This document shows positions 12,889 through 25,563 of a stretch of DNA of 64,000 nucleotides, one piece after another. Under the pieces are notes generated by a model, which had not been told where the DNA came from, made no database searches, and was given only the letters and a program-made list of their open reading frames with translations. Source of the DNA: Eledone cirrhosa (Eukaryota); assembly GCA_964016885.1 (NCBI GenBank), contig OZ024754.1:18786001-18850000 (forward strand). Direction: 5' to 3'. The stretch's first letter is position 1. Every line of letters begins with the position of its first letter. A program made the position numbers and the translations under genes.

Positions 12889-15185
12889 ATAATAAAGATA
12901 TCATCATGGCTAGTTAACGGCATTACATTCCTGCTTCCGAAGAATGATGAGACAAACAATCCTAAAAATTACAGACCGATAACTTGCTACACCACAATGT
13001 ATAAAATTTTAACATCAGTCCTAACTGAATACACATATGACCACCTGATAACAAATGACCTATTTCCCAATGAGCAGAAAGGGTGTAAACGAGGCTCTTA
13101 TGGCTGTAAGGATCAGCTTTTGGTTAACAAAATGATACTGGAAGATTGTCATAATAGACACAAAAATCTATCAATTGCTTGGATAGATTATAAAAAAGCA
13201 TTCGATAGTTTGCCACACAGTTGGATTGAAAAATGTTTAGAGATTTTCAAAATATCTCCCGTTGTCAGGAGGTTCCAGTCATTCAGTATGAAGACATGGA
13301 AAACGACACTCCTTTTGAATAGTGAAAAGAAAATCACTGGAAGCTGGAGAAGTTTATATTAATTGTGGAATTTTTCAGGGTGACTCTTTATCACCGCTTT
13401 TATTCTGCATCGCACTTATACCATTAAGTAAAAATGCTCAATGAAACAAAAGATGTATATAAAGTCTATGATAAAACCATTAATCACTTGTTCTACATGG
13501 ATGACCTGAAACTATTTGCAAAAAAATGATGAACAATTGCACGGGCTATTATCCACTGTGGAGCAGTTCAGTGATGACATTAAAATGGAGTTTGGACTAG
13601 ATAAATGCGCCAAAGCAACGTTCACCAGAGGAAAGCGGCTGAAAAGTTCAGACATTAATCTTGATCGGGAGAATGTGATAAGAGATCTTGATCAAGAGGA
13701 AACTTACAAATATCTAGGTGTTTGTGAAGGAGACGGAATCAAGCACTCGACAATGAGGGAAAGGATAAGGAAGGAATCTTACCGCAGAGTAAGAGCAATC
13801 TTAAAAACGGAATTGAATGCAAGGAATAGGATCGATGCCATAAACACGCTTGCCATACCAGTAGTAACCTACAGTTACAATGTCATCAACTGGTCAAGCA
13901 CAGAGTTCCGTAGGCTCGATACAAAAATTAGAAAATTCTTAACCATGCACAGAATGCATCACCCTAAGGCAGATACAGATAGAATATATCTCCCTAGGAA
14001 AGAAGGAGGACGTGAGTTAATCCAGTTAGACATTGCGTTGAAAACTGCAACAATTGGATTATCTACATATCTAAGGGAATCACATGATTGGATGATCAAA
14101 CTCGTTTTGAAACACGAAAGCATCAAAAGATCATACTCCATTACAAAAGATGCACAAAGATACAGTAATGGACTACAAATTTCAGAAGTCCCATTTACTG
14201 CTGAAATGGAAAACACAGAAAAAGCAAAGCAGGTAAAAGTAACTGCAAAGAAAGAACTACTACAGAAACTGGCTAAGAAATGGCAAGAAAAGCCTCTGTA
14301 TGGAAAATACCCAGAACGAGCTAACAATCCTGATGTTGACAAAACTTTAACCCATCAGTGGTTGGCATCCTCTGGACTGAAATCAGAGACTGAAGGACTG
14401 ATTATATCAGCACAAAATCAGTGTCTGCCAACAAAAAATTATCAAGCCAACATAATAAAAAATGGGTGCAGCCCATTATGCCGTGTATGTAAAAAACAAC
14501 CAGAGACCATTGATCATATAATTTCAATGTGCAGTCCTATAGCTCCAACCGAATACCTAAACAGGCATGACAGAGCTGCACAATACATACATTGGATAAT
14601 GTGTAAGCATTTTGACCTGCCCCATCAAAAGAATTGGTGGGAGCATCAACCACCTCCCATACTTGAAAAAGATCACATCTCAATCTTGTGGAACTTTAGC
14701 ATCCAAACAGACCGAAAAATAGATGCAAATAGACCTGATATAATACTGAAGGACTTTAAAAAGAGTCTGCTAATTGATATGTCCGTTCCAATAGACAAGA
14801 ATGTATCTATAAAAACATTTGAAAAATTGAGCAAGTATAAGGACCTGGAGATAGAAATTGGAAAAATGTAGAAATTGAGAACTAAAACAATACCAGTGGT
14901 TGCAGGCGCTCTAGGAATGATACCTAAGGGATCTAATGATTACTTATCGCAAATCCCAGGAAACCCGCGTATAGGAGAAATACAAAAGATAGTACTAATG
15001 GGAACTGCTCATATACTAAGGAAGATTCTGTAAATATAAGTACATCACAAGTCTAAACACCTAAAGATGCATGTGTGTGTATGTATATCCTTTCTTGAAC
15101 ATGGCGCACCTTGTTGTCTCTTGAGATCACTGGTTGTGACTTGGTGATAACTCGTATGAACATAAAGCAAGATAAATGCAACTGT
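12889..15185 (+). mobile_element. R4/Dong-clade non-LTR retrotransposon (copy B, different subfamily), 5'-truncated
   Basis: Starts inside RT (WLVNGITFLLPK, NYRPITC, DYKKAFD, QGDSLSP, YMDD); CRVC..H..C, RHD, RPD motifs; 3'UTR ends in (TAA)n at 15185-15212. Confidence 0.9.
12904..15033 (+). pseudogene. RT/RLE polyprotein of Dong copy B (frameshifted, premature stop at 14869)
   Basis: ORFs 12868-13362 and 13516-14871, plus read-through to GTAHILRKIL stop. Confidence 0.88.
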
Positions 15186-15474
15186 AATAATAATAATAAT
15201 AATAATAATAATGGTTTCTTTATTGGCCACAAGGGCTAACATGAAGAAAAACATTACAGACGGCACAGAACGGTACAGGACGATACAAAGTGGGTTTTGG
15301 CCGTGTAAAAAAAGTTATAACAAGAAGATAGAAATATCAAAAAATTCAAACAACAAAAAATTCCCCAATAAGGGGGAAATTTCCAAGGGTCACTCGTGGC
15401 GAAAACCACACAAAAGACCACGGCCACCCTGACCACCAGGGCAAGTGCCCTCTCTCAGTTTTCCACTCCTCCGT

Positions 15475-18400
15475 CTACAGGCGCATACTCAAAGCAGGCC
15501 CGTTCACTCGGACCAGACTCGCCACTTTCATCCACCTTTCAACAAACTTACTAGAAGACAGCACTTGCCTCTCCACCTTGATTTTCCTCTTAAAGTGAAA
15601 TTTGAAAAAGTTAATCAGGGATTGGCCGGAGAGGAAAGTGTCCGTCTTCAATCCTTTCAACCATGTCCACCATACAATCTCTTTCGCCGTGGCTACCAGC
15701 CAGCTGAAAACTGCATGTCATTCCTCCTCCTCAAAGGAGGACGGCGGGGCTATCTGCACAATGGACTCAGTCGATAACCGGATCCATCTTACACGTGACA
15801 GCAAATGTTCGACATAGCTCCACAAGTCAGCAATGCTCGCAGGACAATTTCGTCGCCCTGTGCGCATCTCGGACAGGCTCGGCTGACGGCACTTCTGTGC
15901 CTGTAGAGCTTATCTCGAACCGGCAACGCTCCCCGGTAGCACTGCCAGGACAGGGATTTCTGGAAGTTCTCCATAGGCCCCAGATTGAAAGTTATCTTGA
16001 AGAGAGCGAACAGCTGATCATCTTCGACGCCCAGGGTCTCCCCGAGAATGCCGTCACTCTTCCTCTCCACTAGCCCTCTATAGAACGCCGAGGTGGATGT
16101 TCCACCGATACTAGTGCCCAGCTGGTAGAAGGCTGTGAGCGCTTGGAGACATTCCAGCTTCCAAGCGCTATCCCTCGTTCTTTTCCTGATCCAGGACTGC
16201 AGCTCCGTTAATGAGACGAACTGGGGAAAAGCACGTCTGGCAAACGGTGACCACACCTGTTCACCGTCAAGGAAGCACCAGAGATGTTGCAGCCTCAGCG
16301 CATGTTTGCGTATCCTCAGCCACGGCATGCCCAGCCCTCCACGCAACGGGTATTGACAGCAGATGGATCGTCTGACCCTCGGAGCACGTCCCTTCCAAAA
16401 AAAGCGGAAGAGGAGGCGCTCCATTTTTGTTAGAGTTAGCGGCAAGGCACAATGGTTAGGCGGTAGCAGATGACAGATGCGACGAACGCATTCGCCACCT
16501 CTGCCCGACCTTTCAGGGACAGCTTCCTCTCGGCCCATTTCTGTGTGAGAGAGGCCACCCTGCTTGGTACCTCACTCCAGTTTTTCTCCACCGAACCAGA
16601 CCTCGAGCAATTGAACCGGTCCTTCCGTCCAGTGCCCCACGACGCTGTCGGACAGCATGGACTTGCCTTTCCAGGTGCCGAGATGCAAGCCCACCGACTT
16701 TTCCTGGTTTAACTTTGCTCCTGTCACTGTTTCATATTCCTTGAGAGTGGTGCTGAGCATCTGGACATGTCCGGTGCTGGACACCACCACGGTGACGTCG
16801 TCGGCGTAAACCGATACGGATCTCCTACATCCCAGTTTGCGTGGGACGCCTCTCATCGCCTCCAATTTGAGCAGTAATGGCTCTAGGGCCAATACGTACA
16901 AGAGCAGCGAGAGGGAACAACCCTGGCAGACCGAGCGCATGATGCTGAACGGCTGTGGCAGATGGCCGTTCACCTTTACAACTGAGCAGATGTCACTGTG
17001 CATCGCAGCGACCCAACCCCTGAAAATGGGCCCAAAACCGGCTGCCTCGAAGACCGCTGCCAGGTACCAATAGTCGACCCTATCAAATGCCTTAGATTGA
17101 TCCAAGTTGATCAAGGCCCCACCCGTGCCAGGTTCCTTAACCACCCTTTCTATGATGTATCACATGAAGTGGAGGTTGTCGTGGATGGATCTGTCCGGAA
17201 TGGCGCATGTCTGCGCCTCTCCCACCAGATCACCGACGACAAGCGCCAATCTCGTTGCTAACACCTTGGCCAAAATTTTGAAATCTGCGTTTAACAGTTA
17301 TGGGCCTGAAGTTGTCTATAACGTCCAGACATCTACTAAGACGTCGCCGAACAAGTCTGGCATGTACGCACAAAGCTCGAAGGTCAGACTATCCAAACCT
17401 GGCGATTTAGTCCCTGTGCAGTCAGACATCGCTTCCCATATTTCACCTGCTATTATCGGCTTTTCGCAATACTGGGCTGCGGCAGTCCCTCGAGGTATGC
17501 ACTGAAGTTCATATCCAATCCGGCCCGCCGCCGCTCCCAAAGAGTTGAACAAAGTGCTGCTGAAAAGCCTCACACATCTGCTGGGTTTCGAGTAACATGC
17601 GCTCATTTTCGTCAGGCAAGGATTGAATTGTGGCTTTGTTGCTACGTCGCGCCTCCACCACACTGGCCCATTGTACAGCTTTTGTCCCCTCGTATCTCAG
17701 AGCACGCGCTCTAGTTCTGACAACGCAGCCTTCAAGAATTCGTCGGTTGCCAATCTCGTCGAAAGCACGTCGGTTGCGATGCTTGTCCTAAACGCCTCTT
17801 CTAAATTTCAAACTAACACTCCCTCTACTCTATTTTCCTCTGTCACTACTCCTTTGTTAAATCTTATCGATTCTACTCTAATGTCTCTTTTCAAGGTAAA
17901 CCACCACCTGTTGTTGACGATCTGCCTCGTCAACGCATGCTTAACTAATTCGTTAATCCGGTCTCTGTAAGGTTTGCGCGACGGGAAATACGTGTTCAGC
18001 TTCCAGTAACCGGGCTCTTGCCTATGAATCTATCTAAGTCACAGATCACAAATTTGTGGTCCGTGTAGTCGACTAATTTAAATTGTGGACAACCTACGCG
18101 AGCTTTATCTGTTTCCCTACAGAATACCCTATCTAGATACGATCTGGATGACCCGATGCGGTTTGCCCATGTCCACATTGGCACATTCGGATAATCCAGT
18201 CGATAACTGTGAGACAGTTGAACACGTCTGAGCAGGTTGTTGAGGCTTTTACACCCTCCTCCCTTATTTTCTAGCCCCACATTATCCCAGCGTGCATCTA
18301 AGATACCGTTCCAGTCGCCCACTAACACTAAAGAGTGAGACGTTCCCAGAAAGGTCTCTAGACGTCTGAAGAAATCTGGCCGTCCTGCTCCTGTTGGGAC

Positions 18401-18736
18401 GTAGACGACTACTAGCCTGAAAGGATTGCCTTCGCTGCCGGTCACGTCCAGCACCACCGACTTACCTTCTGGATCCAGGAAGATGGCCCGTATGGCGAAA
18501 TCCAGGCCTATCCGAAAACGCACAGCAACTCCGCTCCCTGATCCTGGACGGCTGGGAGATGCGTATACATTGTAGCCGCCGAAGATCGGTGCGAAGGCTC
18601 GTGCTTCGGAGATTCTGGTCTCGCTGATGGCCACTACATCTATGTTTAGTGACCTGAGATCGTTAAGCAGGTGGCCCTGCTTCCAAGATGACCCCAGGCC
18701 ACGTATATTTATACTGCCTATTCTAAGTAAGGCCAT
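15475..18736 (-). pseudogene. Tx1 ORF2 (APE endonuclease, RT, Cys-rich domain), interrupted
   Basis: ORF pieces 17996-18736, 17316-17663, 16572-17144, 15789-16538, 15475-15660. Confidence 0.9.
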
Positions 18737-18768
18737 GTTGGGTGAGGAATGGAGTTAGTGAGAAAGGA

Positions 18769-20600
18769 TCACCTACCCTGATCGTGTGGGAAAGGGAGAC
18801 AGTCGAACCGTCCCTTTGGCTGGTCATGGTGTCTCCAAGATAATGTTGGTGTATACCCTCTTGGTAGCCGTCCCTCTGAAGTTTCCAACTGCGTTGGGGA
18901 ATTTTTCTTTTAAATGTTTATAATGTTCTATTTTAATTTCAATAATGTTTATATATTTTCGGGAAAGTTCTTTGTGTTTGTAGGGTGTGGTAATTTATGT
19001 CTGTAGTGTCTGACTGCTGCTTTATATGTTCTAAGAGTTCTTTATTTGCCATGTTTATGGCTGTGTTATGTTTTTTTTTTTTTTGGGGGGGGGGGGGCTG
19101 TTTTCTTGTAGCTTCTGTTGGGTATGTGTGCCTTGTTGTTTGCCATGTTGGTGTTTGTGGTGGTGCTGGTGGTGTGGTTGTTGTTGGTGGTGATGGTGGT
19201 GGCGTTGCTGCGAGTCCCCTCTTTGTTTGCCCTCGCTTTTGGAGGGTGAAACCTAAGGGGTTCTCTCTTTTTTGTTTTTTGTGGCCGACCTTTTACCACT
19301 CCACTCCCGCCTCACACTCCATATCGGATTCCGTGGCGTCTGGGAGGGGTATGTGCTCCACAGCTGTTGGTGTTGGTAGTATAGCCCTCTCCGGCGATTT
19401 TGTTGCTGGTGCAGCTACTGCAAATGTAACTACTGGTGTTGCCGCCACTGCTGCCGCTGTTTTAGTTGTTCATGGCCTTGGCATGGGTGTGCCACGGACG
19501 TTGCTCTCCTCTTCACCGTAAAAGGGTCTTCTGCCTCTGTTGCCTGTCCTGCTCTTGGTAGCAGCGGATCAGGTGTCGGAAGCAGGAGGCCCCTCTTCTT
19601 GGCTGCCTTCTGCGGGCAAAAGGCCCTGAGGTGACACTTTTGCCCACAGAGATAGCACTTTTGGCGCCTTCCTTCCACGCTTATAGAGAGTTGGAGTCCT
19701 TCCTCGAGGTCTATGATATCTGGGATGGCCTCGATGCACTCCTGGTGAGTTTGTATTAACATTTGCATGCCTATACCTGATCAGTTCTCTCTCCCTATTC
19801 TCTCTAATTGCAGCATGGTCGTCCTGTCCTCGATTCCAGCAAGGACAGACGCGGCAAGCCAAGGTAAGGGCACGTCGGGCGGGACCTGGTCACTTTGACC
19901 CTCACAATTTTCTGCCCGCAGTAGAAGGGCACAAAGACTATCTCCTCACTCTTTAGGGTTACCAAAGGGTGAGACTTCGCCTCTTGGGGTGGCAAAAAGT
20001 ACGTCTACTGTGGCATACTTTTTGCCTCGGGTGATGTGGGGTTTGCGCGCCCAGACGCACCTCAAGGCCTTTTGGATTTGAGCTTCCGTGGCTCTCTCCA
20101 CCCGTTGTGATATTTTGCTTACAGTGTGGTAAGTCCGTAGCTGCTGGTCCTTGAAAAATCGGGTGGAGGTTTCAGGTAGACTCGATTGGCATTTCTCGTC
20201 ACCATGGCCCTTGCGACGGCCATCTCCTCGTCCGTGACTAGCACTGTTTCGATATTTCGGGCCACACCTGCAAAAGAAATGGCTCCTTTTTCAGCGGCCT
20301 CATTATTGCTGCCGCTACTGCTGCTACAGGTCTTGTTGTTGGTGTTGGGATCGTTGTTAATGTTACTGATGTTATTGTTGGTTTTTCGTTGATGTTGTTG
20401 CTGCTGCTATTGTTGTTATTGTTGTTGTTTTCGTTGATACTGTTGCTGCTGTTATTGTTGTGGCTGTTGTTATTGTCATTGTTATTGTCTTTCTCGACCT
20501 TATCGCTGTTATTTTTGTTGTTGCTGTTGTTATTGATGGTGTTGTTGTTGGTGTTATTGTTGGTGTTGTTTGTGTTAGTACTATTTGGTATTTTTAAATC
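18769..20600 (-). pseudogene. Tx1 ORF1 (Asn-rich N-terminus, central conserved domain, zinc knuckle, basic Thr/Pro-rich tail), interrupted
   Basis: Pieces 20238-20729, 19804-19995, 19430-19768, 19066-19299; homologous to ORF1 at 41726-43072. Confidence 0.8.
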
Positions 20601-20689
20601 TGAAACAATAATATTAAAAAGGATATTGTTTCTCTTTTCCTTATTTTGAATATTTTCTTTTGAATTTACCTTCGCTAGAACGCTGACCC

Positions 20690-21066
20690 ACAATGCGGAA
20701 CTCGCGAACACATTGAAGAGGGTGGGCAAATCTCATTTAAAAACACTCAGCTTTTCACAGTTAATGCAAACATGAATTACAAAACCCAAAACTTGATTTA
20801 CTGTGCAACCTGCCCAGAATGTAAAGAATACTACATTGGTGAAAACCAGAACGGGTCTACATGACAGAGTTCGAGTACATAAACAACAAATTAGAGACCC
20901 TTCTGTCAGAAACACCACATGCAGTGAACACTTCACAACATGCGGAAAGGGAAAATTCAAAATTTTCCCCTTCTTTAAGATATGGTCGGACAACGAACAT
21001 TTCCGAAAATATAAAGAAGAATTCTTTATTAGGAAGTACAAACCGCTACTGAACACAAAAATATGA
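20690..21066 (+). pseudogene. PLE GIY-YIG endonuclease 3' fragment
   Basis: Reads KTQNLIYCATCPECKEYYIGE, then after a frameshift RTGLHDRVRVHKQQI...CSEHF...KEEFFIRKYKPLLN. Confidence 0.88.
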
Positions 21067-21883
21067 TATTCCATCTTCAAATAACAGGATTCTCCCCGTC
21101 TCTCTTTTCTTTAAAAATCTCATATTGAAAAAGAAAAATATGCAAATAGAAGTTGATGACTCCCGCACGTTCAAACATTCGATCGTTGAAGAGAAGAAAA
21201 ACCCTCAGAGGTACACTAACATTTCATTAATTCCCTCTTCCCCACCCCAATGTATATATGAATTGAAATACTTGAGTAGATGTGTATACATATATGTGTG
21301 TGTTTATATGTATGTGTATGTATGTATGTACATATATGTGTAGGTGTATGTATGTGTGTGTATATATGTAGGTGTATATATATATATGTATATATATATG
21401 TATGCATATGTATGTATATATGTGTATATATATATATGTGTGTGTGTATATGTGTGTGTATGTGTATGTATATATATATATGTGTGTAGTGTATATATGT
21501 GTGTGTATATATATAATATATATGGGCTGTAAGTATATTTACATATAGGAAAGTGAATATGTGAGCTAGCATGCCCCCCTCCTACTTCCCCTCCCAAACC
21601 AATATCAACAACATACACTTCTGACAAATATTCCAAAACTATCCTTATTCTTCTCTTTACTGTCATCCCATTCTTATCAAAAGACATGTATCTTACACCT
21701 CATTAACCCTCATTAACCTGCCTTTTTTTAACTTGTTTACTGCTACATACATGTGCTTCTGTCCCGTGTTTCCCCATATCTATTGATATGTTTTCTTTTT
21801 TTTCTCTTCTGTTTATTTTCTTTCTCTTCACTATTCTCTTTTCTTTCCCTAATAATTTTCTAAGTTATCACGGCACTGTGGTG

Positions 21884-21943
21884 AGATGTATTGTCTTTAA
21901 TGCGCCGAAACATCTGACGCAGACAACAGACAACTGATGAAGG
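21884..21943 (+). ncRNA. Candidate rearranged (non-circularly permuted) hammerhead ribozyme
   Basis: AGATGT-A^TTGTCT ... CC-GAA-ACATCT ... AGACAA-CTGATGA-A-GG: stems III and I are perfect 6-bp helices, stem II only 2 bp. Confidence 0.62.
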
Positions 21944-21997
21944 GAACTGTCTATGTCTATGTTTGTATTTCCTTTACTTTTGTAAACACTATATATA

Positions 21998-22038
<41 letters not shown>

Positions 22039-22096
22039 AGAATTTTATTTCTTGCTCTGGCACAGCTGATACATAAAGTAAGTATGCATACGTGCA

Positions 22097-22193
<97 letters not shown>

Positions 22194-22374
22194 GTATATA
22201 TACATACATATCTGTATACACACACACACACACACACATGTATATACATATACATATGCACGTATGGGTTATATCGAACATTATTAATGATGTTCGATCC
22301 GTTTGTAAACAAACGGCCCGATTAGCAGCTGTGCCGGTGATCAATCGTCACCTGTTGAACACTGGCTTTGAGGA

Positions 22375-22417
22375 ACAATCAACATGTTTCTGCGTCATTA
22401 CCCTTCATCAGGACTGT
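22375..22417 (-). ncRNA. Minimal type I hammerhead ribozyme
   Basis: Minus strand ACAGTC-CTGATGA-AGGGTAATGACGCA-GAAAC-AT-GTT^GATTGT; 6-bp stem I (one G-U), palindromic AACATGTT stem III, stem II with one mismatch. Confidence 0.75.
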
Positions 22418-22829
22418 ATACCTATATGTGTGTGTGTGTATAAGAGAGAGAGAGAGGGGGGGGGGAGAGTGTTAAAAATGTGACTGAGTATATTTTTGGT
22501 GGTTTATTGATATTTAAACAAATCTGTTCGCCATTTTCTTATTGTAGTCCTTCACAGTTACACGAGTTAAAGGTTAGTAGTGTGTCTGTAACACCACATT
22601 GGTGGTACACTGAAATATCACAGACACACCATCACACAACGTGTGTTTGTGTGGTGTGTTTGATGGGTTGGTTGATCGATTCATCATCATCATCATCGTG
22701 GTCGTCATCATCACCATCGTCATCAGTACTAGTATTGTTATTGAGTGCTGCCACTACATTACCGAGCACAGCTCTGTGTGCCTTGGGTATGTGCAGTGTT
22801 GCTTTTGCTGTTGATAGCACACTGAGATA

Positions 22830-23127
22830 CGCCCCTTTACGTTCTGAGTTCAATTCCTGCCAATGTTAGTTTTGCCTTTCATCATCACGGGGCCGATAAA
22901 ATAAAATACCAGTGACGCACTGTGGTTGATGTCGATAGAGCGTCAGACACCATGCTTTGCAGTATAGAGTTATCTCCTTTTACGTTCTGAGTTAAAATCC
23001 TGCCGAAATTAGCTTTGCTTTTCATCCTTACGGAGTCGATAAAATAAAGTACCAGTAATGCACTGGGGTCAATTTAATGGACTTTCCCCTCCCCTAAAAT
23101 TGTTGGCCTTGTGCCTAAAGTAGAAAC
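22830..23127 (+). mobile_element. Two tandem 5'-truncated SINE copies (about 22830-22930 and 22935-23127)
   Basis: Repeated CCTTTACGTTCTGAGTT...TTTCATC...GATAAAATAAA(G)TACCAGT; the second ends GGCCTTGTGCCTAAAGTAGAAAC followed by (TAT)n. Confidence 0.82.
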
Positions 23128-23155
23128 TATTATTATTATTTTATCATTATTATAA

Positions 23156-23340
23156 GGGCGGTGAATTGGCAGTATCGGTAGAGGGTCGGGCGCCATGCTT
23201 TGCAGCACAGTTACGTCCCTTTACGGACTGAGTTCAAATCCCGCCGAGGTTAACTTTGCCTTTCATCCTTACGGGGTCGATAAAATAAAGTACCAGTAAT
23301 GTACTGGGATAATTGCTGGCCTTGTGCCAAAAGTAGAAAC
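23156..23340 (+). mobile_element. Full-length tRNA-derived SINE directly upstream of a Tx1 element
   Basis: GGCGGTGAATTGGCAGTATCGG A-box region, GAGTTCAAATCC B-box, core, and (ATT)n tail at 23342-23368. Confidence 0.88.
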
Positions 23341-23596
23341 AATTATTATTATCATTATTATTATTATTAGTGGTCTGTTCGGACGTCTTTTTGGCTCGCT
23401 CCCAGTAAGTCGCTTTATTTGCCTGTTAAAATTATTTGTTGTTAAATATTTCTTGTTGTGTAAGGGATATAAGCCCTTAGACTTTGCCCTGTGAAGGGGA
23501 AAGTATAATATTTGGGCCTTTTGGACCAAATATTTGAACTTTTTTTTTACATGTTAAAAGATTTACGGAGAAAAAAAAACAAAACAAAAAAAAAAC

Positions 23597-25531
23597 ATGT
23601 CTGAGCCACGCCCCCCAGCGATATGTCTGCTGTCGTGCGACAACGACGTAGCAGTTGAGAGGAGCGCTACAGCGAAATTAACACAAATTGATAACACAAA
23701 CACCACCACAAACAATGTAAACAAAGACACCAATGATACCAATGAGAACCGTAATTTTGAAAAAAATGACAGTAACAGCGACAACGAAAATACAGATAAC
23801 AAAAAAAAAAAAAAAGTTACAAATGCAACAGCAATATCAACACCACTAACATGAAAACAAATAGCGACAACACCAACAATACCAACGGCACCGAGAACAA
23901 CGGTGGCAACAAAGACAACAATGATAACAGCGACAGTGATAACAACAACACCAACAAGAACAACGACAACGACAACAGCACCCCCAACGAAAACAAGAAG
24001 AACACTTTCGCTGCGGCAGCAGCAAAAAAGAGGCCATGCTTCAACATGGACCTCTCAAACAAAGATGAAAAGTTGGCCCAGGCATGGAAGCTCATCAAGC
24101 AAGAGCAAACCTGGGCCAACTTAACTGTCCCGGTAGAAGCTATTGAGGCAGTGGAGCGCAGAACGGTGCATTATAGATGCATCTCAGCACAAACAAAAAG
24201 GGCAGCTTTAATCCCACAAGAAGATGTCGAAATCGTGCTGAGGTGCATCAGAGAAGACACCGAATACATAGAGAGGGGCAGACAGTACGGCACCATTTCG
24301 GTGTTGTTCAAGTCAGAAGCCCTCGCTATGAAACACGCTATGACTCCTTGCAAAACCAGCAAGGTCATAATGTACCCCTCCCACATGGGAAAAAGAACGG
24401 CCCGTCTCCGCATTCCCAGAATCCCACTAGGACTTGATATGTGGTGGCTTCTGGGATGTGTGATTGTGGAGGGGACGGATACCGTCCCTATAGAAGTGAC
24501 CAGAACGGCCAGAGAGGACTGGTCCGGAGTTGACCTGGAGATCCTTGTCCAGATCAGGCCTGAGAATGTGAAGACAATCCCAGACCATATCCGACTTCAG
24601 AATGGGACGGTCATTCACATTATGACCGAAGGCAAAAGGCCGCAGTTTTGTTTGTGGGAAAAAAAACCCATTTGCGAGCCTTCTGCCCTCAACTGAAGAA
24701 AGAGGCAAGGGGTCGAAAGGCTCCACTTGCTGCCGACGCCGGGGCGAGGACCACAACCAACACCATCACCGGCGAAACAACCAACAACAACAACACCAAT
24801 AGAAAGACGACCACCAACATTGACCACCCAGGAGGGAAACGAGGAAAGCTGTCAAATTCCCCCCCCCAAATACACACACCAATAAAACCATAAACATACA
24901 TACAGACACACTTACAGACACAGACCCCTCATCTACCAGAAGTGAAGATGAGGGAAAACCAAAATTCCCCAAAATACAAAAAAGGAAACACAAAAAGAAA
25001 AAAAACTCAACAAAGCACAAAATCACCCACAATAAAAAACGCAGACACCACCCACGCAAACATCTCTCCAATAACACCAACATCAACACCACCATCACCA
25101 TCACCAGAATCCCCCAAACGCAAACAACCTAAACAGATGCAAGAAAAAATATACACACAAACATCTGAAACCACAGACACCGCACTCGCAACAAACACAG
25201 TCACAACCGAAACAACACCACCAAAACCATCACCACCACAACCACGCAAACAAATAAAATCACACCAACAAAACATACAAAACTTCGTGTTCGTCAGGAG
25301 GGCCAACAGGGGGAAATTTTTAAATCGAGCACATTTCGCGTGCCGGAAGATTTGGTTCTGGTGCGAATGTCGATCGAATTATACAAAGAAATACGAGACA
25401 GCTTTCCTCGGGACGTGGGAACCCCGAACATAAAACCAACTTCAAGACCTTTAAAGGGGTTCCCAAAAGAAACTCCACCAACTATGGAGGTCGAACAACC
25501 CAACCTTCACAAGAGCCCGGAAGGTAAGTAA
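23597..25531 (+). pseudogene. Tx1 ORF1, frameshifted
   Basis: Pieces 23597-23854, 23851-24696, 24648-24893 (knuckle remnant ..CGK..HLRAFCP), 24942-25433, 25340-25531. Confidence 0.82.
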
Positions 25532-25563
25532 ACCTTTCCCCTCTCTATTTTTAACCTGCCAAC

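Larger units (their letters stand above)
15213..20690 (-). mobile_element. L1/Tx1-clade retrotransposon, ATT lineage, decayed
   Basis: Asn-rich ORF1 with CYLCGQKCHLRAFC knuckle; ORF2 with APE (NIRGL, SETR, GDWN, SYLDR, TDH), RT (DQSKAFD, YADD) and C-terminal CPRC; 3' end GCCCTTGTGGCCAATAAAGAAACC followed by (ATT)n. Confidence 0.92.

Noticed and set aside
23156-23250. tRNA gene (A and B boxes)
   Set aside because: No cloverleaf; it continues into the SINE core and tail and is multi-copy in the window.
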